IMG/VR virus record: IMGVR_UViG_3300011337_000132
Span: 1-46,964 of that record
Length of the DNA: 46,964 nt
Direction: 5' to 3' (one strand)
Source: a virus
Taxonomy: Duplodnaviria; Caudoviricetes
Shown here one piece after another: positions 24,295-34,500 of this stretch. The notes under the pieces are model-generated. The model ran no database searches. It was not told the DNA's origin and saw nothing but the letters and a program-made list of their open reading frames with translations. Position 1 is the first letter of the stretch. Each line of letters starts with the position of its first letter. The translations under genes and the position numbers were made by a program.

Positions 24295-25055
24295 TGAGTG
24301 ATATTTTTAGTTCCGCGACCACGGAAGGTACGACAAATGAGACGCAGCAGATACAGACAAAAGAGTCTTTTGTAGATCATTTGGTAGGAGAAGGCAAGAA
24401 GTTTAGGGATATCGAAGCCCTTGCTAGAGGTAAACTTGAAGCCGATAAGCACATTGGTGAAATCACTAAGACGCTTGATGAACTTCGGGCAGAACTCTCA
24501 AAGCAGGATTATGCTAAGACTCTCCTTGAACAGATGAGCAAGGGTTCTGAGACTGGTGCAGAACAGCCTCCTCCGGTAACAACCAGTTCCTCTAATACTG
24601 AGAACACCACTCAGAGCGCGAGTGACTTTGAAGCCCTTGTAGAAAAGGTTATTACTGCGAAGGAAAAGAGCAAGACTGCTTCTCAGAATATCTCCGTAGT
24701 TGGAGAAGAGATGCAGAAGCAGTACGGTGATAAGACTGCGGATTATCTTAAGGCTAAGAGTCTGGAGCTTAATATGTCTCTTGACAGGCTTAAGGAAATT
24801 GCAGCGGAGTCACCTACAGCATTCTTTCAGTTGATTGGAGTTAAGAAGATGAACGAGAAGGCAAGTACTTCTGGTACAATGACAACCCAGTCAACAATTC
24901 GTAGTGAGAACTTCAACTCTAATTCTCAGGACCGCGACTTCAATTTCTATCAGAAGCTGCGTAAGGAGAACCGGAGTTTGTACTATTCCCCTAAGATCCA
25001 GAACACTATGATTCAGGATCGTGAAAGACTAGGGGATCGTTTCTACAACTCTTAA
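24294..25055 (+). CDS. Capsid scaffolding protein
   Basis: Position before MCP; LVGEGKKF; coiled coil. Confidence 0.8.
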   Translation: MSDIFSSATTEGTTNETQQIQTKESFVDHLVGEGKKFRDIEALARGKLEADKHIGEITKTLDELRAELSKQDYAKTLLEQMSKGSETGAEQPPPVTTSSSNTENTTQSASDFEALVEKVITAKEKSKTASQNISVVGEEMQKQYGDKTADYLKAKSLELNMSLDRLKEIAAESPTAFFQLIGVKKMNEKASTSGTMTTQSTIRSENFNSNSQDRDFNFYQKLRKENRSLYYSPKIQNTMIQDRERLGDRFYNS

Positions 25056-25077
25056 CATAATATAAAGGAGATCAGAT

Positions 25078-26019
25078 ATGTCGGGTATGACAACTGGTAA
25101 TGTATCTCTCCTTACTCGCGCTGAAGTTTGGTCGCGTGAGCTTAAGGAGATTCTGCGTGATGAGCTTATGGCTCAGTCGTACGTGCGTTGGCTTCAGGAC
25201 TTTCCTGATGGCGACACATTCAAGATCCCGTCGATTGGTCAGGCGTATGTCGATGACTACGTTGAAGACGAAGCGGTAAAGTATCGCCCGCTTGATACTG
25301 GGCAGTTCACCTTCCAGATCAACGAGTACCTCTCTTCGGGTACATACGTGACGAAGAAGGCTGAACAGGATATGTTTTACATGAACGAACTTGTCTCGCG
25401 CTTTGTGCCTGAGCAGGAGCGTGCTTTGATGGAGCATGTCGAGGAGGCCATCCTTGGTCTTCAGTCGCAGCAGACAGCGGCTAATACCAATGCTATTAAC
25501 GGTGGTAAGCATCGTTATGTCGCTACTGGTTCTAGCAACGTCATTAACGTGGCTGACTTTGCCCGCGCTAACCTTTCGCTGAACCTTGCCAATGTCTCGG
25601 CTAATAACCGTGTCGCTATTGTGGACCCTTCGGTCGCTTACACAATTGAGACGGCTACTCAGCTTGTTGGCATTAACAACAACCCGATGTTCGAGGGTAT
25701 CGTCTCTTCGGGTATTGCGACTGGTATGCGCTTCGTCCGTAACGTCTACGGCTTCGATGTCTATACCTCGCAGCGTCTGGCTACAATCTCTGCTGAAACG
25801 CTTGAGACTGTGAACTGCGCTGGCTTTAAGGCTAACCTGTTCTTCTCTGCTGATGGTGCGGTTACTCCGTTCATTGGTGCTTGGAGACAGATGCCTGAGG
25901 TTGATACTGAATACAACAAGGACTTCCAGCGTACAGAGTTTGTAACTACCGCTCGTTATGGTGTCAAGCTTTTCCGTCCTGAGAACCTTGTCTGTGTTCT
26001 TTCGAACGCAGCGGTTTAA
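25078..26019 (+). CDS. Major capsid protein
   Basis: EVWS..L, GDT.KIP.IG, YGFDVY.S, YGVKL.RPE; strong AAGGAG SD. Confidence 0.92.
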   Translation: MSGMTTGNVSLLTRAEVWSRELKEILRDELMAQSYVRWLQDFPDGDTFKIPSIGQAYVDDYVEDEAVKYRPLDTGQFTFQINEYLSSGTYVTKKAEQDMFYMNELVSRFVPEQERALMEHVEEAILGLQSQQTAANTNAINGGKHRYVATGSSNVINVADFARANLSLNLANVSANNRVAIVDPSVAYTIETATQLVGINNNPMFEGIVSSGIATGMRFVRNVYGFDVYTSQRLATISAETLETVNCAGFKANLFFSADGAVTPFIGAWRQMPEVDTEYNKDFQRTEFVTTARYGVKLFRPENLVCVLSNAAV

Positions 26020-26034
26020 TAGGAGGATATATAA

Positions 26035-26526
26035 ATGGCTGATTGGACAAATACTGACGGACTTGAAGTTCGTTTTAAGAACCCTGAGGCTGGGCAGCTT
26101 GCTGCTGGTCTGAGCACGATGGGCGCTATTAAGACGCTGGAATTGGATCTTGACTATCTCTCGGCAGCAGTAACGGCTGTTTCGGATACTCAGGCTGCTG
26201 CTCTTCCGGCTGGTGCCTTTATCGTCAACGCCTTCCTTATTGCTAAGACAGCGATGACGGGTACCTCTGGTACTCTAACAGTTGGTCTTGCCGCTAAGGA
26301 CGGTACCAGTGCTTCGGCAAACGCTATCCTGACATCGACTCTCGGTACTCAGGCCAATCTTGCAGTGACTAACGTCCTTGCTTGTGATGGTAACAGAGCT
26401 AATGCTGCTTCGGGTATCTATACGAAGTTCTCTAACACGATTGACGGTTATGTCTATACCGTTAAGGGTGGTACGATTACTGGTGGTACGGGTCGCCTTA
26501 TCATCAACTACATCGAAAGAGACTAA
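26035..26526 (+). CDS. Putative capsid decoration/minor capsid protein
   Basis: Follows MCP with AGGAGG SD; Ala/Thr/Gly-rich; hairpin after it. Confidence 0.7.
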   Translation: MADWTNTDGLEVRFKNPEAGQLAAGLSTMGAIKTLELDLDYLSAAVTAVSDTQAAALPAGAFIVNAFLIAKTAMTGTSGTLTVGLAAKDGTSASANAILTSTLGTQANLAVTNVLACDGNRANAASGIYTKFSNTIDGYVYTVKGGTITGGTGRLIINYIERD

Positions 26527-26536
26527 TACTCTCGTT

Positions 26537-26562
26537 AAGGGGGAGCTTAACGGTTCCCCCTT
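26537..26562 (+). terminator. Hairpin (probable terminator) after capsid genes
   Basis: AAGGGGGAGC-TTAACG-GTTCCCCCTT; short U tract. Confidence 0.65.
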
Positions 26563-26588
26563 GACACTTCTGAAAGAATCGATATAAT
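26561..26588 (+). promoter_or_regulatory. Sigma70 promoter for tail genes
   Basis: TTGACA-N16-TATAAT. Confidence 0.75.
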
Positions 26589-26619
26589 AATACTAATGGT
26601 CCTCCGGGGTGAACTATAG

Positions 26620-27240
26620 ATGGCTAACGTACAACATTCAAGTCTGACAGATCCCAATATCCACGAACCTAAGGGTATCTCTAGTGCCTCCGCTAACCAG
26701 CTATACCTTGCTAATGGTAGTGGCTCTGGTACATGGACTAACGCTAATAGGTTCCCCGGTACAGGCTGGGGTAAATATACGAATACGACATACGTAGGGG
26801 CTACAGCCCTAGCAATTGGTACTACACCTGTCCTTCTTCCCTTTACTACTGCTGATGATGTTTCTCAGCTTCCGATTACCCTTACAGGTACAACTTCCAG
26901 TCTTATGAATCTGGCTACTGAAACTCTCCAGTTTGTTGCTGTAGGAGATCTTCATTCTATTACATTGACTATGCAAGCTCTTGCTCCGACAGGTTCTCCT
27001 GCACATATGGATCTAATTATTTATGGATCTTCTGATGGTAGCACTTATGGTACACGCCTTGGTGAAACAACTATCTATCTAGATAAGGGTGCTGGTCAGG
27101 TTATTACAGAGTCTTCTTTGTTTCCAGTTTCATCTAATATGGTGTCTCATGGTGCTAGGATTTATCTTAATACTAATACTGCTACAGCTAATATGATTAA
27201 TATTGGTCTAATTACAGCCCGTGTACATAAGGCTAGGTAA
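26620..27240 (+). CDS. Virion structural protein
   Basis: H..L.DP.IHEPKG...Y.ANG.GSG.W. Confidence 0.7.
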   Translation: MANVQHSSLTDPNIHEPKGISSASANQLYLANGSGSGTWTNANRFPGTGWGKYTNTTYVGATALAIGTTPVLLPFTTADDVSQLPITLTGTTSSLMNLATETLQFVAVGDLHSITLTMQALAPTGSPAHMDLIIYGSSDGSTYGTRLGETTIYLDKGAGQVITESSLFPVSSNMVSHGARIYLNTNTATANMINIGLITARVHKAR

Positions 27241-27245
27241 GAATA

Positions 27246-28004
27246 ATGGCTACAGTTAAAATGACACTGTTGGAGATTGTTCAGGATGTTCTGAATGATC
27301 TAGACTCCGATGAAGTTAACAGCATTTCCGATACAGTAGAAGCAACCCAAATAGCTAACGTCTGTAGGAGTGTCTATTATGATGTAATTACAACTGTTGA
27401 TCTTCCTGAGCATACGGAGTTGATGACAGTAACTGGTCTATCTAACTCCTCCCGTCCTAACTTCATGGATGCAGACAGCATCACTGAGATCAAGGAGTTG
27501 AGGTATAATGTATCTGAGACGGCTGGGCAACTTGAGTACAAGCTTATCGATTATCTTTTACCGGATGAATTTATTCAGAGAATTGTCAAGAGGGATACCT
27601 CTTCATCCGAAGTAATCATCGTTACAGATCCGACATCAGGAATATCTCTTCCTATCGACAATAGTAAGATGCCTGACTATTATACATCGTTTGATGATAG
27701 GTATCTTTGTTTCGATAGCTATAAGAGTTCTGTAGATAATACTCTACAGTCTAGTAAGACAATGGTACTAGGGATTAAGCTTCCGACATTCACCCTGACA
27801 GATAGCTCTGTTCCAGATATGGATGATACGATCTTTCCCTATTACCTTTCCGAAATTAAAGTTAGAACTCAGTCGCTCTTTAAGGGTGGACCAGATCCTA
27901 AAACAGAACAGTTTGCTAGAAAGCACAGATACTTCCAGAAGAACAATCGCTGGAAGACTGGAGAACAGAGGGTACTCAATGACTATGGTAGAAAACGATA
28001 TTGA
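27246..28004 (+). CDS. Tail tubular protein A (adaptor, gp11-like)
   Basis: TLLEIVQDVL..LDSDEVNSI.DT.EA; synteny. Confidence 0.75.
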   Translation: MATVKMTLLEIVQDVLNDLDSDEVNSISDTVEATQIANVCRSVYYDVITTVDLPEHTELMTVTGLSNSSRPNFMDADSITEIKELRYNVSETAGQLEYKLIDYLLPDEFIQRIVKRDTSSSEVIIVTDPTSGISLPIDNSKMPDYYTSFDDRYLCFDSYKSSVDNTLQSSKTMVLGIKLPTFTLTDSSVPDMDDTIFPYYLSEIKVRTQSLFKGGPDPKTEQFARKHRYFQKNNRWKTGEQRVLNDYGRKRY

Positions 28005-28314
28005 CCTTATCGTAACTGAAGATAATAAAGAGGGTACAATTCTAAACGTAACCTCTCCTAAAAGAAAGACGATGTATACTATTTATAAGCCTACCGATGG
28101 CTATAGTATGTTCAAGATTAAAGCAGATAATGGTCTTGTACCTGAGCATCTCTCTGGTTATTACACGAATAGAAAGACTGCTTTGGCTGACTTGTCGTAT
28201 TGGTTGAACCATACACAAGAAAGTAAAGAAGCTAAGTGGGATAGAATGTTCGGTGAGGAAAAGGCTCCTCCTCCGAAACTAAAGGAAAAGAAGAGTGGCA
28301 CCACAGCAGTATAG
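27979..28314 (+). CDS. Hypothetical protein
   Basis: VPEHLSGYYT; likely start 27979 or 27985. Confidence 0.65.
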   Translation: MTMVENDIDLIVTEDNKEGTILNVTSPKRKTMYTIYKPTDGYSMFKIKADNGLVPEHLSGYYTNRKTALADLSYWLNHTQESKEAKWDRMFGEEKAPPPKLKEKKSGTTAV

Positions 28315-30679
28315 TCAGAAAACTGTAAATACTTTTATTAAGGGGCTTTATACTGAAGCCTCTGTTATGACCTATCCTGAGAACACTTCTTCAGATGAAC
28401 TTAACTTTGATCTTCTTATTGATGGTACACGGCGCAGAAGAAGAGGCATTGCCTACGAAGATAACTACCAGAATAGTACCTTCTCTGTAGCCTCTGGGGA
28501 TCTAGTCCATACTGAAACTTGGACTAGTGTCTCTGGTATTGGTGGTACTGAGTTCCTTGTTGTCCAGCATAATAACATGGTCTACTTCTACGATAAGTCG
28601 TTAGACACTATCTCTGCTGGTCAGAAGTCTTTCAGTATTGATTTGAATAATTACTCTGCTAATAACAGTTACTCTGTCTCTAGCTCCTATATTAATATCG
28701 CTTCTGTTACTGGGTATCTAATCATTGTATCCCCAGCTATCGAACCTATTCGTGTAGAGTATATCCCTACTGACGATAACATTACAGTGAGTAAGATCAA
28801 GATCCAGATTAGAGATCTTGAGTATCTTGGCATGTCCTCTAATATTACCTTTATCTCTAGGACAAGTAACCTCGTTACCATTACGGTTAATACGCCTCAC
28901 TATTATAATGCTGGTGATACTGTAGAGATTGATTCCAGTATCTACCAGTTCAATGGTACATTTACTCTTGTAGGCGCTCCGACTAGCACGACCATGACCT
29001 ATACTCTTGCTGGTACAGACTTCAGCAGTACCGCAGCAACTGGTCTAGCTATTAAAGAAGTTGCTCCTGAGGTTCCCCCTACAGCTATTACGAATAACTA
29101 TCTCTACGATCTCTTTAATCAGGGATGGTATTCGGATAATAATGGTAGATCTGGTAATGCCTTTGACTATTGGGACAATACTAGATCAGATTTTCCTCCT
29201 AGAAATAAGTCTTGGTGGACTGGTAAGAATACAGATAACGATCAGGATATCGCCCAGTACTTAAAGGTGGAGTTTGGTAACACCCTTGCTCCTAATGGTC
29301 ACTTCATTCTAGACTTCTTTAACCAGAATAGATCCGCTGTATCCAATGTTAATAACCTTACAACGATTGTAGAGACAGCACGGTTTAACTCTGTAGCTCC
29401 GTATGCTGGGCGTATCTGGTATGCTGGTCTTGACTCTGCTAAGAATGGTGGCAAGGTCTTCTACTCTAAGACAATTGAAAGTGAGAAGGACTTCGGTATC
29501 TGCTACCAGAAGGAAGATCCTACATCTGAGGATACTCCCGGTCTAGTAGACTCTGATGGTGGGTACATCATTATCCCTGAGGCATCCAGCATTCAGGCTC
29601 TCTTCACGACAGGTTCTATTCTGTATATCTTTGCTTCGAATGGCGTATGGATTATTGGTGGTGTCGATCAGGTCTTTAAGGCTACGGAGTACTACGTTAG
29701 CAAGATAAGTAGCTTTGGTATCTCTAGCAAGAGAACCCTAATTAATGTTTCAGACTCTCCTGTCTTCTGGGGTACTTCAGGTATCTATACAGTTGCGATT
29801 GAGAATAACACTCCCTTCGTTACAAGTATGTCGGATAACATCCGCTCCTTCTATGAGGCTATCTCTCCTAATAAGAAGAAGGATGCTACGGCAGTCTTTG
29901 ATAGAATGGGTAAGCGTATTATCTGGATGTACTCTAGTGAGACTGAGACAGTAAGCAATAAGAAGTCTAAGATTCTTATTTATGATCTTAACCTTCAGGC
30001 TTTCTTCCCTTGGGAGATTAAAGACACTACGGGTACCAGCCCGTATCTTTACTGTGGATTCTATCTCTCTGGTCTTGGCTCTGCTGAGGTAGACTATAAC
30101 ATCTTGGTTGGAGCAGATCAGGTAATCGACGCTAGTTCTAATACTGTTGTCGAGAGTATCTCTTCTACTTCGACTACTAATTCTGATACGAAGTTTTTTG
30201 TAAGGACTGCTGATGGTTATCTTACCGTTGCTAACTTCACTAGTAGGTCTTTCCTTGACTGGGGTTCTGCTGATTACTCTTCTTACGCTGAGACAGCCTA
30301 CGACTTCTCCGGTTCGGCTATCCTCAAGAAGAATACTCCGTACATCGTAAGCTACATGAGACGTACGGAGGAGAACTTTATTCCTTCTGGTGAGGGGTAT
30401 ATCTCCGATTATCCTTCTAGCTGTATTCTTACTGTTAAGTGGGATCTCTCTATTGATAGCTCTCGCTGGAGTACTCCTAGCCAACTCTACCGTATGGTGA
30501 ATTACCCTACAGTTAATATCAATGATTTGACTTTTTCTTATCCTTATGATACAATTGTAGCTAGAACAAAGATAAGAGGTAAAGGTCGAGTCTTAAGGAT
30601 GCGCTTCGAAAGCGAGTCCGGTAAAGACCTAAACCTTATTGGTTGGGAAACTATTGATGCAAGTAATACCAGTTATTAG
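28295..30679 (+). CDS. Tail tubular protein B (nozzle, gp12-like)
   Basis: F.KGL.TEA...N.DL..DG.RRRR.G; YAGRIWY; RGKGR.L..RF. Confidence 0.8.
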   Translation: MAPQQYSQKTVNTFIKGLYTEASVMTYPENTSSDELNFDLLIDGTRRRRRGIAYEDNYQNSTFSVASGDLVHTETWTSVSGIGGTEFLVVQHNNMVYFYDKSLDTISAGQKSFSIDLNNYSANNSYSVSSSYINIASVTGYLIIVSPAIEPIRVEYIPTDDNITVSKIKIQIRDLEYLGMSSNITFISRTSNLVTITVNTPHYYNAGDTVEIDSSIYQFNGTFTLVGAPTSTTMTYTLAGTDFSSTAATGLAIKEVAPEVPPTAITNNYLYDLFNQGWYSDNNGRSGNAFDYWDNTRSDFPPRNKSWWTGKNTDNDQDIAQYLKVEFGNTLAPNGHFILDFFNQNRSAVSNVNNLTTIVETARFNSVAPYAGRIWYAGLDSAKNGGKVFYSKTIESEKDFGICYQKEDPTSEDTPGLVDSDGGYIIIPEASSIQALFTTGSILYIFASNGVWIIGGVDQVFKATEYYVSKISSFGISSKRTLINVSDSPVFWGTSGIYTVAIENNTPFVTSMSDNIRSFYEAISPNKKKDATAVFDRMGKRIIWMYSSETETVSNKKSKILIYDLNLQAFFPWEIKDTTGTSPYLYCGFYLSGLGSAEVDYNILVGADQVIDASSNTVVESISSTSTTNSDTKFFVRTADGYLTVANFTSRSFLDWGSADYSSYAETAYDFSGSAILKKNTPYIVSYMRRTEENFIPSGEGYISDYPSSCILTVKWDLSIDSSRWSTPSQLYRMVNYPTVNINDLTFSYPYDTIVARTKIRGKGRVLRMRFESESGKDLNLIGWETIDASNTSY

Positions 30680-31109
30680 GTATTGTCAAGAACAAGACTA
30701 TGAAGAACTTCTTACCCTTATAAAAGAATCTGTAAATAAAGCCCTCCCTAACGAAGAGTTTGAAGAAGACAAGATTAGGGATCTCTTCGATAATGCTTTA
30801 CTTAATGACCAGTATACTGGGATAGTTCTTCTTATAGATGGTAAAGTCTGTGGTTATGTCTTAGGTTTGTTTACAGACCAGTACTTCCACTCAAAGAAGA
30901 TAGCCTACTGTCTTTCGATCTATGTATCAGAAGAATACAGACAGTACGGGCTAGAGATGATGAGATCCTTCGAAGCTTGGGGTAAGTATAAGGGGGCTAA
31001 GACCCTCTCAATAAGTGCATTTAAAGGATTAAGCCCAGAGAAGCTTAGTAAGGTTCTTAACAGAATGGGCTATACTGAACAAGAGATTGCATACTGGAAG
31101 GAAGTATAA
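30657..31109 (+). CDS. GNAT-fold acetyltransferase-like protein
   Basis: IR.C..ED..., YVSEEYR..G..M...FE.W....GA...MGY...E..Y.K. Confidence 0.75.
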   Translation: MQVIPVIRYCQEQDYEELLTLIKESVNKALPNEEFEEDKIRDLFDNALLNDQYTGIVLLIDGKVCGYVLGLFTDQYFHSKKIAYCLSIYVSEEYRQYGLEMMRSFEAWGKYKGAKTLSISAFKGLSPEKLSKVLNRMGYTEQEIAYWKEV

Positions 31110-31110
31110 G

Positions 31111-31548
31111 ATGGGTGGAGTTGTTGGCGGTATCGTCGGTGCTGGAGCAAGCATGAAGGCTATGCAAGCACAGGAAAAGGCTATGAAGATGCAGCAGAAG
31201 GCTGCTGAAGAACAACTTAAGATGCAGAAGATGCAGGATCTCCGTGAGAGAAGGAAGATGCTGAGGGAAGCTGCTATTGCTAGGGGCCAGACTGTTAACA
31301 TCTCCGCTCAGATTGGTGGTGGACAGGGTAAGTTCTCCAGTAGCTCTCTAATGACTGGTCTTTCTGGTCTTCAGAGTCAGACTCTTTCGGGTCTTGGCTT
31401 CCAACAGACTGCAAGAAGATCTGCTGAGGTACAGCAGAAGTATCTTAATAAGGCTGCTCAGTATGAGATGGATGCTAGTAAGTGGGCTGGCTTTGGTAGC
31501 ATGGCTCAGAATATCCTTGGGGCTTTTCCAACCCCTAACTTTGGGTAA
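31111..31548 (+). CDS. Internal virion protein (gp14-like)
   Basis: Gly-rich hydrophobic N-terminus, Gln/Ala coiled coil; synteny. Confidence 0.7.
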   Translation: MGGVVGGIVGAGASMKAMQAQEKAMKMQQKAAEEQLKMQKMQDLRERRKMLREAAIARGQTVNISAQIGGGQGKFSSSSLMTGLSGLQSQTLSGLGFQQTARRSAEVQQKYLNKAAQYEMDASKWAGFGSMAQNILGAFPTPNFG

Positions 31549-31558
31549 GGAATAAATA

Positions 31559-34500
31559 ATGGGTCTTTTTGATGAAGTCTTTGGTAGTCAGGAAAAAGAA
31601 TATAAGGTTGTAGAAAGCCTCTTTCCTTCTGAAGAAGAAGTAACTAAAGACATTGTTAAGTCACAGAAGTACAAGCTTTCTCTTGCGGAGAGGTACGCTA
31701 ACCATGTTGGCACCACCGTAGAGGAAGCTTTGTCTTTTGTAGAGGTTGATAAGCAACAGGAACTCCTCTCGACTAATACAGATTTTTCTTATACTCCGGT
31801 AATGAATAAGGCGTATGCAGAGGGTGCTTCGCCTGAAGAATTTAAGATGAGTATGGATGTCTACAAGAGGAATACAGATTATCTCCTTAGCTCCGGGGAT
31901 AGTAAGGATGTCCTAGAAGATATCATTATTGATAAGTTTGATCCTAATACGGATAACTTGTCTATCTCTCTTGCTATTCTTAGAGAACAGTTTGATGCTA
32001 TTGCACCAGATGAGAATGTCCTTGGTCTTGCCTCTTCTTTCTTTGGCACTATTGGTAGAGAAAGCACAGTCGGTGTAGTTGAGAATCTTTTTGGTGCTAC
32101 AGGGGCAAGCATGTCTAACTGGAAGGGTAAGTCCCAGATTGGTAATGAGAAGTTTCAGGCTATCATGGAAGAGCCTAGCCTAGAGAGAAAGAGACTTCTT
32201 GCTAGACAGTATGCTATTGAAGCTAAGGACATTGGTGTCTTCGGGGATAACACTCTTAACTACTGGTCTAGGTTTGCTACTATTGCGACTGCTGGTAAGG
32301 GTGAAGCTGAAGCAATCTGGCTTGGTGTGGATCTCCTTGGTCTGGTACCCGTTGGTAAGGTTCTGGGAGTTACTGGTAAGGCTGCTAAGACTTCTGGTAC
32401 AGCAGCAAAGCTCACCCTTGCAACGGATGCTCTTGAGGTTGCAGAGGCTACTGGTGGCAAAGTAGCAGCTAATAGGGTACTTGATAGTGCCTTGAGCAAC
32501 CCAGTTACATCCATCAATACAGCGAAGCATACGGCACCTTCATCTTCTTCAGTGGCAAGTAATGGCCTTGGTCCTACCATGAAGCCTACCCTGATGAATG
32601 AGGTGGCTAACGATTACGCTGAGACTCTCCGTAATGCCTATAAGGGTATGTACAGCGAAGACATGATCCAAGCCGCTAAGTCTAGAAAGAAGGTACAGCT
32701 TGAGAAGGCTACGAAGTACCATGTTCTAGACATTGCTGAGAAGGACATTGGCTTTGATAATTACACCGTTGAGATTACAATGGGTAAGGATAATGGTCTT
32801 CCCTTCGTAGACAAAGACAACGCTGAGAAGTTTGCTAAGAATCTTGGTGGTAGAGTAGAGCCGTATGGTATTAACTCTGCTGGTACTGCCCCTGAGGGCT
32901 TTGTAGTTAAGCTTGATAGAAACCTGAACATGAAGGGCTTGGCTAGTGCTACTGAGCTAGGTAAGCTTAGATCTTCCATGTTTGATATCTTTGCTTCTCC
33001 TGAGATTACATCTAGCAAGGATCTCAATACTGTCCTTAAGCGTGGCCTTGACAAGATTGGCTTTGTCGAGAATGAGATTATCAATCAGCATAAAGCCTTG
33101 TTTAAGAAGATCTCTAAAGATGATGCTAGGGGTATCGATCAGGTTATCTCTAAGCTGAACACTGAAGATCCTCTCGACGGTGACTGGTATGATATCAGTA
33201 CTTTTAAAGATAAGTTCTATAATCAGACTGGCCGTGCTGCAAGTAAGGAAGTCATTGATGGTTATGTCTCCAGTTACAAGCTTGCTGAGACAGCGAGATG
33301 GCTTGAGGCTGACCGTATCCTGAAGAGAAGCACTGGCGAAAAGCTTGACCAGTTTGTTGGCTCTGCTGATGGTAAGACTTTCTATCGTATGAAGAGACTT
33401 CCTGCTGGCGCTCTCCCTCGCCTTGAGGACTATGCCCAGAAGTATGTCTATGATCTTAATACGGGTAAAATTATTGATAGAAAATCCTTTATGAAGGGTG
33501 GTAAGAATAAGAACCTTTACCAGATTGTTGATGTAGACAATGCTCCTGAGGTAAACGGTAAGAAGGTTCTCTATGCTACTGGTAGCCTAAAGACTTCCCG
33601 TCCTCTCTTTCCCTCTGATGTAGTCCCTAGAACTGCTGGTGGTACCAGACAGACAGGAAATATCCACGGTTTCCTTGTCTCTCAGAGGAAGACTGTAGAC
33701 CTCTCTGACAACGCTGTGAACCTTACACCGACTGTCTTTGGTGTGGGTAGAACAGCACAGGAACTCGTTAAGATGGGTACTGAGGTGAATACTCTGCTTA
33801 AGGGTCTTCGAGACTTTGATGCTGGGACCATCAGTAAGGAGATCATGAATGGTCTGATTAAGGCTAGTAACAACTTTAATCCTAGCATTGAGGATGTCGA
33901 TGGTCTTAAGGCTTTCATCGATAAGCATGGTATTAATGCTGCTGAGGATATCCAGATTGTAACAAAGGATATGCCTCTGCCTGAGGTAGGTGTAGCTAGG
34001 TTTGAGAACTATCGCCTTGGTAAACTCACAACATACGATGAGCTTTACAGCAGGGGTTCTAGACAGAATGCAATTATATATGGTTATGATAACAAGTCCT
34101 TTAAGCAAGTCGATGCTGTTAGAGGTATCGAAAGAGACTTCGCTAAGGGTACAAACTACATTGCTGAAAGAGAGTACTCTGTAAAGGCTGTTGAAGGTTT
34201 CCTAAACTCTGCTATCCAGAATAAGCTTATCCTTAACTATGAAGATATTAAGAAGAAGCCTTTTATTCAGCAGTTGAAAGAAGCCCAACTTGCTAACTCT
34301 GAAGCTGGTAACAAGCTTAAGACAGAGAGAAGAGTTATCCTGAATAGATTGAGTGAGAGTAATGAGTTTGCTCAGGCTTGGAATAGACGGATGACTGGGA
34401 TTGGTGAGTACATCTTTGATAAGAAAGGTTGGGATGTCATCGACAAGATGAGCATCAGACCGGATGTAGCCTTGAGATCCTTCGCCTTTGACATGAAGCT

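Noticed and set aside
26005-26040. T7 10A/10B-type frameshift extending the capsid protein
   Set aside because: No convincing slippery heptamer; the next gene has its own strong AGGAGG SD.
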